Virus record (IMG/VR): IMGVR_UViG_3300020581_000009
Location: 22,611-86,610 of that record
Source: a virus
Lineage: Duplodnaviria > Heunggongvirae > Uroviricota > Caudoviricetes
Reading direction: 5' to 3' (one strand)
Length of the DNA stretch: 64,000 bases
In this document: positions 27,860 through 35,444 of the stretch, one piece after another
Position numbering within the stretch: the stretch's first letter is position 1
How the letters are laid out: every line of letters begins with the position of its first letter
Notes under the pieces: model-generated
The model's input: the letters and a program-made list of their open reading frames with translations, nothing else
The model's database searches: none
What the model was told of the DNA's origin: nothing
Program-made: the position numbers and the translations under genes

Positions 27860-28010
27860 ACGGAAACGAATGAGGATCGGTGTTTTGGCGGCTGCTCTAA
27901 CCACTGAGCTATTCTAACTTGCGTCAGAAGTTGGATTCGAACCAACGACCCGCTGCTTATGATAACCGAATACCTCCGGGGCTCGCTTCCTCCTATCTGC
28001 CGTTTAACGA
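27860..28010 (-). ncRNA. tRNA-like fragments, candidate Y RNA-like (YrlA-type) RNA upstream of rsr
   Basis: D-arm-like GCTCTAACCACTGAGC+TA+TTCTAAC (27894-27918) and T-arm-like GTTGGATTCGAACCAAC (27930-27947) that do not assemble into one canonical tRNA. Confidence 0.2.
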
Positions 28011-28249
28011 GCCGAACATAAAGCGGACATGGGGTGTGGTGCCCAAGGGCACCTTCCGTTTCAAGTGGATAACCCACGATCCTGGGGCTCGGCCCCTATT
28101 CATACTGCCCGAACGTAGCGTGGCGAGGATAGCAGTTCTATTGCCAGATAAGCTAACCTCTAGGGCTCGGGCATTGACGAGGTGTATAATATGTGCCATT
28201 ACGTTTTGCAAGAGGAATATCGCGAGGGATAATCGGGCCGTATGGATGA

Positions 28250-28323
28250 TGGCGAAAGTGGAAGGTGTCGAACCCTCGTTTTCGGTTTTGGAGACCGACG
28301 TTCTACCGTTGAACTACACTCCC
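28250..28323 (-). tRNA. tRNA-Trp(CCA)
   Basis: manual fold: TGG+acceptor, T-arm GAAGG-TGTCGAA-CCCTC, anticodon loop CUCCAAA, D-arm GTTC/GAAC. Confidence 0.5.
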
Positions 28324-28324
28324 G

Positions 28325-28396
28325 TACAGACGGGTGGAGTCGAGCCACAACTTGCGCGCGGTTCACAGCCGGCGCCCCAAGCCCTTGGTCGTCTGC
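28325..28396 (-). tRNA. tRNA-like, identity undetermined
   Basis: T-arm GGTGG-AGTCGAG-CCACA and paired acceptor ACAGACG/CGTCTGC; anticodon arm not resolved. Confidence 0.25.
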
Positions 28397-28400
28397 GTAT

Positions 28401-28479
28401 TGGTAGCGGTGGCTGGCTACGATCCAGCGTTCTCCGGTTTATGGGACCGGCGCTTTAGTCCAAGCTAAGCTACACCGCC
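28401..28479 (-). tRNA. tRNA with CAU anticodon (Met or Ile2-type), atypical T-loop AUCGUAG
   Basis: acceptor AGCGGTG/CACCGCC, T-stem GCTGG/CCAGC, anticodon stem CCGGT/ACCGG. Confidence 0.4.
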
Positions 28480-28556
28480 ATATTGGCAACGGGCGTTGAA
28501 AGTCGAATCAACATCCTAAGTTTCAAAGACTTAGTACCTGACCACAGGAACCCGCC

Positions 28557-28799
28557 ATGAGTCGAATTGTCGTATGGAACGAGCCGCTCTGTCTTGATGA
28601 GGGCCATGTGTTAAATTCTGTAGTACGAGCAACCGAGGAAGATATTGTTCACTTGATGCAGCATAATTTCCCAGAAAGAGCTTATTCTTACGACGACGCG
28701 CTGGACGACTTTATGGTAGTCCATTGGGCGTGGTTTGAGGAAGTGGTGCCTCCTGACGGTACCGCCACGCTCACTACGGAACAGCGCCGTGAGAAGTGA
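28557..28799 (+). CDS. hypothetical protein
   Basis: 80-aa ORF between tRNA genes. Confidence 0.35.
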   Translation: MSRIVVWNEPLCLDEGHVLNSVVRATEEDIVHLMQHNFPERAYSYDDALDDFMVVHWAWFEEVVPPDGTATLTTEQRREK

Positions 28800-28818
28800 A
28801 TTAAACCGCGAAACGGTA

Positions 28819-28896
28819 TGGAGCCGCCAGCGGGAATCCAACCCGCGATGTTCGGGAGTGAAGGTCCCGCACCCTTGGCACCCAGGCGATGGCGGC
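28819..28896 (-). tRNA. tRNA-Glu(UUC)-like, T-loop UUGGAUU
   Basis: perfect acceptor GCCGCCA/TGGCGGC; T-stem GCGGG/CCCGC; anticodon stem CGGGA/TCCCG. Confidence 0.4.
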
Positions 28897-28972
28897 AGAT
28901 TTAGGCCCTTGACTTTCTTAACCGTATAGCATATTTCCCGTTTAGCCAATTCCGGCCATACAGGATTATGCT

Positions 28973-29725
28973 ATGACCAAAAAGACCAAAACCGCTGAAA
29001 ATACGCTTGTTACCTTCTTGCTCGACCGCTCCGGATCAATGGGTTCGTGCCGCGAATCAACCATCGAGGCGTTCAACGGCTATATCGAATCCCTCCGCAC
29101 GGCGCCGGTCTCATTCACCTTCCTCCAGTTTGATTCGGAGTCGCTGGATAAGGTCCATTTCGAGAAGCCCATCAAAGATGTCCCGGACCTCAGCATGGCG
29201 ACCTACCAGCCACGGGGCGGAACCCCCCTGATCGAGGCGGCAACCAAGACCATCCAGGCGCTCGAAACCGCCCTCAAGGCCAAGACCGAGAAGCCGAAGG
29301 TCGTCGTCTGCATTCAGACTGACGGCGAGGAGAACCAAAGCGGCCGAGAATATACGTGGCAGGCGCTTAAGGATCTCATCGCAGCCAAGACCGCCGAAGG
29401 CTGGCAGTTCAACTTCATGGGCGCCGGCATCGACGCTTACGACCAAGGATCGAAGATGGGCATCTCGGCGGCGGCAACCATGAGCTACGATAGCACCGAC
29501 AAAGTTGCGACTCGTGCTGCTTTCGCCGCCAGCGGTCACAATACGATGTTGTACGCATCGGGATTTGCTGCATCAACGGATTATTCCGCATTGCAGAAAA
29601 TGGCTTCGGGCGACAAGTTCGATCCCAACCTCAAGATACCCACTCTCAAGCCGGTGAAGGTGTCTTCTTCGGTGAAGCTTGACCTTGGCGGCAAGAAGTC
29701 TAGCGGGCTCGACCTGACACAGTGA
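28973..29725 (+). CDS. von Willebrand factor A domain protein
   Basis: MIDAS motifs DRSGSM, GGTPL, TDGEEN. Confidence 0.75.
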   Translation: MTKKTKTAENTLVTFLLDRSGSMGSCRESTIEAFNGYIESLRTAPVSFTFLQFDSESLDKVHFEKPIKDVPDLSMATYQPRGGTPLIEAATKTIQALETALKAKTEKPKVVVCIQTDGEENQSGREYTWQALKDLIAAKTAEGWQFNFMGAGIDAYDQGSKMGISAAATMSYDSTDKVATRAAFAASGHNTMLYASGFAASTDYSALQKMASGDKFDPNLKIPTLKPVKVSSSVKLDLGGKKSSGLDLTQ

Positions 29726-29991
29726 CCAGACGCGACCGCTACGACTCTGAGTTCGGTGCCTCGGTGAGCCAAGCGCTTGCCGAGGCAAAGATCAATCAGG
29801 CCGAACTCGCCGTGCGATCCGGAATGTCGCCGTCATACCTCAATCAGACCATGACCGGGAGAAAGCATATCCCAACCAAGTGGATCGACGTTGTTGCGGA
29901 ATCTCTCGGTCTACAAGATGCACAGCGAAAGCGGCTGCACCTCGCCGCCGCAAAGGATGCCGGGTACGATATCGACTTGACGAAGGAATGA
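29722..29991 (+). CDS. XRE-family HTH protein
   Basis: INQAELAVRSGMSPSYLNQTMTGRK; GTGA overlap with vWA gene. Confidence 0.55.
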   Translation: MTRRDRYDSEFGASVSQALAEAKINQAELAVRSGMSPSYLNQTMTGRKHIPTKWIDVVAESLGLQDAQRKRLHLAAAKDAGYDIDLTKE

Positions 29992-30066
29992 TGGAGCGGA
30001 GTGAGAGAATCAGACTCTCGTCTTTGGTTTGGAAGACCACTGCTCTGTCATTGAGCTAACCCCGCG

Positions 30067-30154
30067 TGGCGGAAGCAGGAGGATTTGAACCTCCGGTACC
30101 GTTAGGTACTTCGGTTTAGCAAACCGATGCAATAGGCCACTCTGCCATGCTTCC
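30067..30154 (-). tRNA. tRNA-Ser(GCU)
   Basis: perfect acceptor GGAAGCA/TGCTTCC, T-arm GGAGG-ATTTGAA-CCTCC, long variable arm, anticodon loop UUGCUAA; CCA encoded. Confidence 0.6.
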
Positions 30155-30159
30155 GTTAG

Positions 30160-30236
30160 TGGCGATCCCGGCAAGACTCTAACTTGCGACAACCGGTTTA
30201 GGAAACCAGTGCTCTATACATCTGAGCTACGGGACC
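30160..30236 (-). tRNA. tRNA-Arg(CCU)
   Basis: acceptor GATCCCG/CGGGACC, T-stem GCAAG/CTTGC, anticodon loop UUCCUAA; unusual T-loop UUAGAGU. Confidence 0.45.
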
Positions 30237-30241
30237 GTGAT

Positions 30242-30317
30242 TGGAGACCCAGGCGTGAATCGAACACGCGACCTCTTGCTTAGAAGGCAAAGACTCTTTC
30301 CACTGAGTTACTGGGCC
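30242..30317 (-). tRNA. tRNA-Arg(UCU)
   Basis: acceptor GACCCAG/CTGGGCC, T-arm GCGTG-AATCGAA-CACGC, anticodon loop CUUCUAA, D-arm ACTC/GAGT. Confidence 0.55.
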
Positions 30318-30318
30318 G

Positions 30319-30567
30319 TTACCAAAAGTAGTTATGCGGCTTCTTGCTAACCGGCCAAGTCGCGTTGTCCGCGTCGATCTTGCCCAGCAAAACCGCTCTA
30401 GTCGTCTCCATGGCGCGGCGACGATGCGGTCTACGGTGAAACACGATGTCCCACCACGCAGGCCAGTTGTTCAGCCAGCGATACTCGTTGCCAAACTCTT
30501 TTGCACGCCATTTGTCGAAGCGATTGCCGCGCACTCTCGTCCGCGACCGCTTGCGTTTGTGGTTCAT
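30319..30567 (-). CDS. hypothetical highly basic small protein
   Basis: MNHKRKRSRTRVRGNRFDKWRAKEF...; upstream structured region. Confidence 0.25.
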   Translation of the reverse strand: MNHKRKRSRTRVRGNRFDKWRAKEFGNEYRWLNNWPAWWDIVFHRRPHRRRAMETTRAVLLGKIDADNATWPVSKKPHNYFW

Positions 30568-30829
30568 GACACCTTAGCTCCATGTTGGTCACTAACGTGT
30601 CATGGTCGGATCCTTTCAAGGGTTGGAGTAGCAGGCCGGTGCCTACCCGGCTCAATAGCGGTTTTGCAGACCGCCGCGTTCACGTTTCGCCACTGCTACG
30701 TTAAGGCTCGGCCAAGGGTCCCTTCGGTCTTTTCCCCGGCTGGGGTAAAGCACTAGGCGTTTCCGGTTTCCCTATGCGCGCCACGCCACGGCGCCGGCTC
30801 TGCCTGGGTGGTTGATAGCATATCGTGAA

Positions 30830-30905
30830 TGGCAGGGGAAGAGAGGATCGAACTCCCGACATCGGCGTCCAGAGCGCCGCGCTACTACCGCTGAGCTATT
30901 CCCCA
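30830..30905 (-). tRNA. tRNA-Gln(CUG)
   Basis: T-arm GAGAG-GATCGAA-CTCCC, perfect anticodon stem CGGCG/CGCCG, loop CUCUGGA. Confidence 0.5.
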
Positions 30906-30912
30906 TCAAAGA

Positions 30913-30987
30913 TGGTCGGGGCACGGCGATTCGAACGCCGGACCTCACGCTTCCAAAGCGCGAACTCTACCGCTGAGCTATACCCCG
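30913..30987 (-). tRNA. tRNA-Pro(UGG)
   Basis: T-arm CGGCG-ATTCGAA-CGCCG, acceptor CGGGGCA/TACCCCG, anticodon loop UUUGGAA. Confidence 0.6.
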
Positions 30988-31299
30988 TTGATTCCGTCTA
31001 AATTATGTGAGACACTAACCGCGTCCAAATCTCTATCTCAAACGCAAGGAGTACACGCCCCAAAAACGCACCGCAAGTCCTAGTCAGGGCGGCCGGGCGC
31101 GAACCACGTCCGGCCGCAATAATGTGGCGATCCCGGCAAGAGGGCTACCGAAATGAGCAACAAGATTACTACCGGACCAGAAATTGCGTTGGCGCTTGCG
31201 ATGCGGGCTGGACTGGAAGGCGTTGCCTTCTCCCAGGTGTCTATGGGACACTGGACCCCAGAGTTTTATGCAGAGAGATGTCGCGTCATTAAGGATAAA

Positions 31300-31376
31300 T
31301 GGCGACCCACCGAGGAATCGAACCCCGAACCATCAGATTCGTAGTCTGGCGCTCTGTCCATTTGAGCTAGTGGGCC
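31300..31376 (-). tRNA. tRNA-Arg(ACG)
   Basis: acceptor GACCCAC/GTGGGCC, T-loop AATCGAA, D-arm GCTC/GAGC, anticodon loop CUACGAA. Confidence 0.5.
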
Positions 31377-31380
31377 GTAA

Positions 31381-31458
31381 TGGTACGGTCGGCGGGCTAC
31401 GATCCCGCGTTTCCCGGATGAGGGCCGGGGTTCCTTGTCCGATCTAGAAGACGACCGC
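31381..31458 (-). tRNA. tRNA with CUC anticodon (Glu-type), atypical T-loop AUCGUAG
   Basis: homologous in T-arm and D-loop to 28401-28479; anticodon stem CCCGG/CCGGG. Confidence 0.35.
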
Positions 31459-31465
31459 GTAAATG

Positions 31466-31549
31466 CTGAAGGGGCAGGATTCGAACCTGCGACGGGCTTT
31501 CGCCAACTGATTAACAATCAGACCCCTGCTACCGCTCGGGTACCCTCCA
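31466..31549 (-). tRNA. class II (long variable arm) tRNA, identity undetermined
   Basis: canonical T-arm GCAGG-ATTCGAA-CCTGC, acceptor TGAAGGG/CCCTCCA, 3-bp D-stem CCC/GGG. Confidence 0.35.
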
Positions 31550-31558
31550 TCGCATTTG

Positions 31559-31630
31559 TGGTGGAGAAACGGAGAGTTGAACTCCGGACGGCAGCCGTGC
31601 AAAGGGTGCCTGTGGCCCGCCACTTTCCCC
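31559..31630 (-). tRNA. tRNA-like, identity undetermined
   Basis: TGG, acceptor GGAGAAA/TTTCCCC, T-arm CGGAG-AGTTGAA-CTCCG. Confidence 0.3.
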
Positions 31631-31757
31631 GAATCAAACAGCCGACCGGTGCTGCGAGACACCGGCCGGCTTGGAAAGCCAATCGAGTTTACCTGCGCCG
31701 GCTTGTTCCGTAGCCGTGACCGTATTGGAACAGCAGGATTGCCCGAAAGGCTACTCT

Positions 31758-32080
31758 TTACGCCGGGTTGGCGGTAGTCGCCGTGGTGAGGTCGGACGTG
31801 GCCTTCTCGACCTTCGCCGCCAGGGCATCAACTGCCGGCTGGATGTCCGCTGGTGCCGCTGCCTTGAGGGCTGCGATGTCGGCGGAAAGTCCCGTCAGAT
31901 CCGTTACAGCCGCAGCAACAGCGGCGGTGAGTGCATCAACGTCAGTGGTAAGCTTGCTGAGATCAGCCATGATGGTGTCAACCTTTCGAGTGAGAGCGTG
32001 CAATAGGGCATTGTTGCGGGTGGCGTAGAACTCGATACGCTCAAGCCTCGCGTCGTCTACGTCTGTACCGAACCATCCCA
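31758..32080 (-). CDS. hypothetical coiled-coil protein
   Basis: Ala/Thr/Asp-rich heptad-like repeats; internal Met start. Confidence 0.35.
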
Positions 32081-32562
32081 TGGGGTTATATACTCGCTTT
32101 TTGTGACGGTTGCAAGACGCGAAATGGTGCCTCGGCGCCGTTTCGAGCGGCGATCTTCCGTGCTTCAAACGGACGTGTGGAACCACCATCACCACCGAGG
32201 CGAGCAGCATCCCGGTAACGATCCGGGTCCTACACGTTGGCAACGTGTCGTGCTACCTTTAGCACCAATGCTGCATATTGGTCGGCAACCCGCGAATCGA
32301 ACGCGGCATGTCAAAGACGCAGGTTTTACAGACCCGCTCAGTCACCAGACTTGGCGTTGCCGTAAGTATGCACGGGGCCGTAGTGTCCTCACCACCGTAC
32401 CGTGCCGCCATCGTTATCCCTGATGGCTCGGGAAAAGTGCGTCGGCTTGTACTCCGTCGCGTGCGCCGATTTACATCCGATCTGGCGCAGAATTTAGCGG
32501 CCGGTCTGAGGTCTAGCCTCAGTCCCTCGCCCCGGCCGGCGAGGTACGACGCGCGTCGTAGG

Positions 32563-32835
32563 TCATTCTGGCCACACTCCTAATCCCATGTCCTGAAGCC
32601 CTTGAAGTAACTCGGCCTCGGTCATGTAAGATGGCGGTGAAGTGTGGGCCTGATCCACATGCCTTTGCGGGGCACCAGCGGGTTTCGAATCCGTGTCAGG
32701 GGCCTCCCTGATTACTTCACCAATCTCTCCTTGGCAGCAATAATCAAATCTATGGCCGCCGCAGGTAAGGCAGGGAAGGACCGCGCCGTTTAGGCGCAGC
32801 ATAGTCCCCATGCCATGGCATGTTTCGCAAATCAT
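32563..32835 (-). CDS. hypothetical Cys-rich small protein
   Basis: CETCHGMG...CLTCGG; ATGA overlap with HNH gene. Confidence 0.35.
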   Translation of the reverse strand: MICETCHGMGTMLRLNGAVLPCLTCGGHRFDYCCQGEIGEVIREAPDTDSKPAGAPQRHVDQAHTSPPSYMTEAELLQGLQDMGLGVWPE

Positions 32836-33323
32836 GGGTTAACCCATCCCCAAATATTCCCACGCCGAATCAACGACACTGTAGCGTGATGCACGCCAAA
32901 TAATTCTGCTATTTCTGTATTCATCTTGCCGTCTTTAATTAGTGATTTGATGACAACAACTTGAGACTGGAGCAATTTGCTGCGTGGATTTTTTTCTCCG
33001 TTCTGAAAACTATTATTCAAGCTTGCCCGACCCTTAGCATATGCTTCAAGTATATTGTCGCTACAGGTTCCCTCGCGCAGGTGCTCTGGATTGATGCAAG
33101 GCGGATTATCGCATGAATGAAGAACCATAAGGCTAACATCATCGACAGAAATGCCGCGATTGACGGCGTAAGAAACTCTATGGGTCAAGTAGTCTTTCCC
33201 ACCAAACTTTATCTTTCCGTAGCCGCTTTTGTTTCTACCTCCCGACCATTCCCAGCAGCCATTGGGAGCAATAGCGATCTTGGAGGCGAGATAGGTTCTG
33301 AGGTCTTTAATCTTTCTTGGCAT
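32832..33323 (-). CDS. HNH homing endonuclease with C-terminal HTH
   Basis: GYGKI...HRVSY...HSCDNPPCINPEHL HNH_3-type; TEIAELFGVHHATVSLIRRG HTH. Confidence 0.7.
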   Translation of the reverse strand: MPRKIKDLRTYLASKIAIAPNGCWEWSGGRNKSGYGKIKFGGKDYLTHRVSYAVNRGISVDDVSLMVLHSCDNPPCINPEHLREGTCSDNILEAYAKGRASLNNSFQNGEKNPRSKLLQSQVVVIKSLIKDGKMNTEIAELFGVHHATVSLIRRGNIWGWVNP

Positions 33324-33339
33324 GAAACCTCATATTATC

Positions 33340-33427
33340 TGGCGGAACCGAGGTGATTCGAACACCTGATACCTTGCGGTATGCCGCCTTTCCAGGGCGG
33401 TGCCTTCAGCCTCTCGGCCACGGTTCC
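33340..33427 (-). tRNA. tRNA-Ser(GGA)
   Basis: perfect acceptor GGAACCG/CGGTTCC, T-arm AGGTG-ATTCGAA-CACCT, variable-arm hairpin ATACC/GGTAT, anticodon loop CUGGAAA. Confidence 0.6.
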
Positions 33428-33466
33428 TTTGATTCGCAGAGTATCAGTTTGTGCCTCGCAGTCAAG

Positions 33467-33550
33467 TGGCGGAGAGCGATGGAGTCGAGCCATCAACCTT
33501 GCGGTTGGCCTGGGTTTCAGGTCCAGTTCGCGCCCCGCGCGCCGCTCTCC
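33467..33550 (-). tRNA. tRNA-Ser(UGA)-like (class II)
   Basis: perfect acceptor GGAGAGC/GCTCTCC, T-stem GATGG/CCATC, anticodon stem CTGGG/TCCAG. Confidence 0.45.
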
Positions 33551-33554
33551 CTAT

Positions 33555-33629
33555 TGGCGACCTCCGCAGGATTCGAACCTGCATCCTCAAGATTCGGAAT
33601 CTTGTGCTCATCCATTGAGCTAGGAGGCC
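33555..33629 (-). tRNA. tRNA-Arg(CCG)
   Basis: T-arm GCAGG-ATTCGAA-CCTGC, anticodon arm CAAGA-TTCGGAA-TCTTG, D-arm GCTC/GAGC. Confidence 0.6.
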
Positions 33630-33871
33630 TTTGACTGAGAGCGACCCAGCGGCGCTTTTTGTGGTACGCCGCATTCCGTGTTGACGGTAACCAACACCCA
33701 GCGCAATGCTGTCCCCCTGATCCAGCCACGAACCTCTACTTCTAATCTCTTCTCAGCTTCGCATCTCGTCTCTGGCAACGGTGGCTCAAAATCAGTGCGG
33801 ACCCATTCAGAGTCGGTGTGTGAATTGCGATATTCGTACTCGAAATGTCTTCCGGCGATCTCGCGCATATG

Positions 33872-34249
33872 CTATGCTCCGTGCTGCTCGAAAAATCGTG
33901 ATCTGAACGGCTGGTCCGCCCTAGTAGCCCGATTCGGATAGTATGCACCCATTCCCGATGTCCAGGCAATCAAACTGTCGTCAGCCAGGATGACTTTGTC
34001 CATTGCCCGCGTCATAGCCAACGCAAGGTTGTAAGTGTCAGGACTGCACGGATTGATGTATAACACCCAGATGTCGATGGGGACCGTGATCGGGATTTTG
34101 ATCGCTGCCGCCTTAAAGGCCTCCACAAGCGCCTCCCGGTACTTCTGGATGACCTTATAATGCTGCCGGTAGTGCGGAGCCCCATGGATGTATAACCGAA
34201 GCCTGGGCAACGGCTCGTCGGATGGATGGTATTCTGCGATGATGCGCAT
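33872..34249 (-). CDS. RusA-like Holliday junction resolvase
   Basis: DTYNLALAMTRAMDKVILADDSLI resembles RusA D.DN..K...DAL....DD motif. Confidence 0.45.
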   Translation of the reverse strand: MRIIAEYHPSDEPLPRLRLYIHGAPHYRQHYKVIQKYREALVEAFKAAAIKIPITVPIDIWVLYINPCSPDTYNLALAMTRAMDKVILADDSLIAWTSGMGAYYPNRATRADQPFRSRFFEQHGA

Positions 34250-34268
34250 GGTCGTATCCTATCATGGG

Positions 34269-34358
34269 GTGGTCGGCGCTACGTGGATCGAACACGTCCG
34301 TCTACGGTAATCAGCCGCTCCGGGTTTATAAGGCCCAGCCGCACCCAGTGCTAGCGCC
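34269..34358 (-). tRNA. class II tRNA (90 nt), identity undetermined
   Basis: perfect acceptor CGGCGCT/AGCGCCG, T-arm ACGTG-GATCGAA-CACGT, variable hairpin CCG/CGG. Confidence 0.35.
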
Positions 34359-34386
34359 GCTCTGAAAAACGTGATACCAATATTAG

Positions 34387-34782
34387 ATGCACAACCAAGA
34401 AAATGACGACTGGTTTTTGGCCGCAGTCTCTAGCGGTCACATTTCAGTATCCGAAGATGGGAAAGTTTTTAACCACAAGACCAATAGATACATTGGCGCA
34501 GTTGGCAGCGGTAGATATCCAAAAATTTCTCTCTCTGTTGGGCGAAAAGAAATTCGCCATATGCAAATACACCGTCTAGTGTGGTTGGTTTATCGTGGTA
34601 AAATTTCACAAGAAGTTGAAATTAACCATAAGGATACCAACACCAACAATCCATCTCTGCTAAACCTTGAATTAATTACCCCTAGCGGCAATAGATTGCA
34701 CGCTATTGCAAACGGCCGTCCCGGATATCTTTTCCAAAAAGGAAACAAATCATCACGCAAAACGAAAGTCATTGACAAATAA
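34387..34782 (+). CDS. HNH homing endonuclease (AT-rich gene within tRNA array)
   Basis: INHKDTNTNNPSLLNLELITPSGNRLH; local GC clearly lower than surroundings. Confidence 0.6.
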   Translation: MHNQENDDWFLAAVSSGHISVSEDGKVFNHKTNRYIGAVGSGRYPKISLSVGRKEIRHMQIHRLVWLVYRGKISQEVEINHKDTNTNNPSLLNLELITPSGNRLHAIANGRPGYLFQKGNKSSRKTKVIDK

Positions 34783-34786
34783 AAAG

Positions 34787-34863
34787 TGGTCGGCGCGGCA
34801 GGCTTCGATCCTGCGACAACCCGGCTCCGGACCGGGGACTCTACCAGACTGAGCTACGCGCCG
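34787..34863 (-). tRNA. tRNA-Pro(CGG)
   Basis: perfect acceptor CGGCGCG/CGCGCCG, anticodon stem CCCGG/CCGGG, loop UCCGGAG; T-loop AUCGAAG. Confidence 0.55.
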
Positions 34864-34867
34864 TAAG

Positions 34868-34941
34868 TGGCGGTCCTAGGGGGTATCGATCCCCCGTCGA
34901 TCGGTTGACAACCGAGTACTCTACCTTTGAGCTATAGGACC
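34868..34941 (-). tRNA. tRNA-Asp(GUC)
   Basis: perfect acceptor GGTCCTA/TAGGACC, T-stem GGGGG/CCCCC, anticodon loop UUGUCAA. Confidence 0.55.
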
Positions 34942-34942
34942 G

Positions 34943-35021
34943 TATGGCCGGGGAGAATCGAACTCCCATGGTTTCCCACGGCGACCTCAACGCCGCGCGT
35001 CTGCCGTTCCGCCACAGCCAC
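34943..35021 (-). tRNA. tRNA-Leu(GAG)-like
   Basis: T-arm GGGAG-AATCGAA-CTCCC, 11-nt variable arm, anticodon stem CGGCG/CGCCG loop UUGAGGU, 3-bp D-stem GCG/CGC. Confidence 0.45.
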
Positions 35022-35029
35022 GTAAAACT

Positions 35030-35104
35030 TGGAGGGTGCTAGGTGAATCGAACACCTGACAAGAGGGTTAAGAAGCCTCTGTTCTTCCACTGAACTAAGC
35101 ACCC
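35030..35104 (-). tRNA. tRNA-Lys(CUU)
   Basis: perfect acceptor GGGTGCT/AGCACCC, T-arm AGGTG-AATCGAA-CACCT, D-arm GTTC/GAAC. Confidence 0.5.
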
Positions 35105-35365
35105 GAGGATTCCGGAAGTTCTGCCCTTCTTGCGACGCGGGTTAAAAAGCCGGCCCAGAGACTACTCTGATTTACGCTCGGAATCCGAATGGACCCCGAA
35201 CCGTTTAAGTGGATCGCTCATGTTGTTTACTCCATATTGGTGCAAGCGGGAGGTACTGCCCCTCCTATCAGACGCTCATCAGGCGCCGTCTTCGCTTCTC
35301 AGACTCGCTTGCGGTGAAATGGTGCTTCCGATACCTTGGAGAGGCATGACCTTCGCCATGTCGCG

Positions 35366-35438
35366 GCGACGGTGAGGGTCACGATCCCCCGACATCCTGC
35401 GTGTAAAACAGGCGCTCTCCCAACTGAGCTAACCGCCC
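35366..35438 (-). tRNA. tRNA-Val(UAC)-like, T-loop AUCGUGA
   Basis: D-arm GCTC/GAGC, anticodon loop UUUACAC, acceptor with 1-72 mismatch. Confidence 0.4.
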
Positions 35439-35444
35439 ATGAAG

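Noticed and set aside
27919-28458. 179-aa plus-strand ORF and other listed ORFs across 27838-28949, 30010-31800 and 33350-36140
   Set aside because: They overlap multiple well-folding minus-strand tRNA genes, and their proteins are low-complexity Arg/Pro/Gly strings. Treated as non-coding.
32640-32665. GGGTTTCGAATCC tRNA T-arm-like sequence on the plus strand
   Set aside because: It lies inside the Cys-rich ORF 32563-32835, with no matching acceptor or anticodon arms. Judged coincidental.
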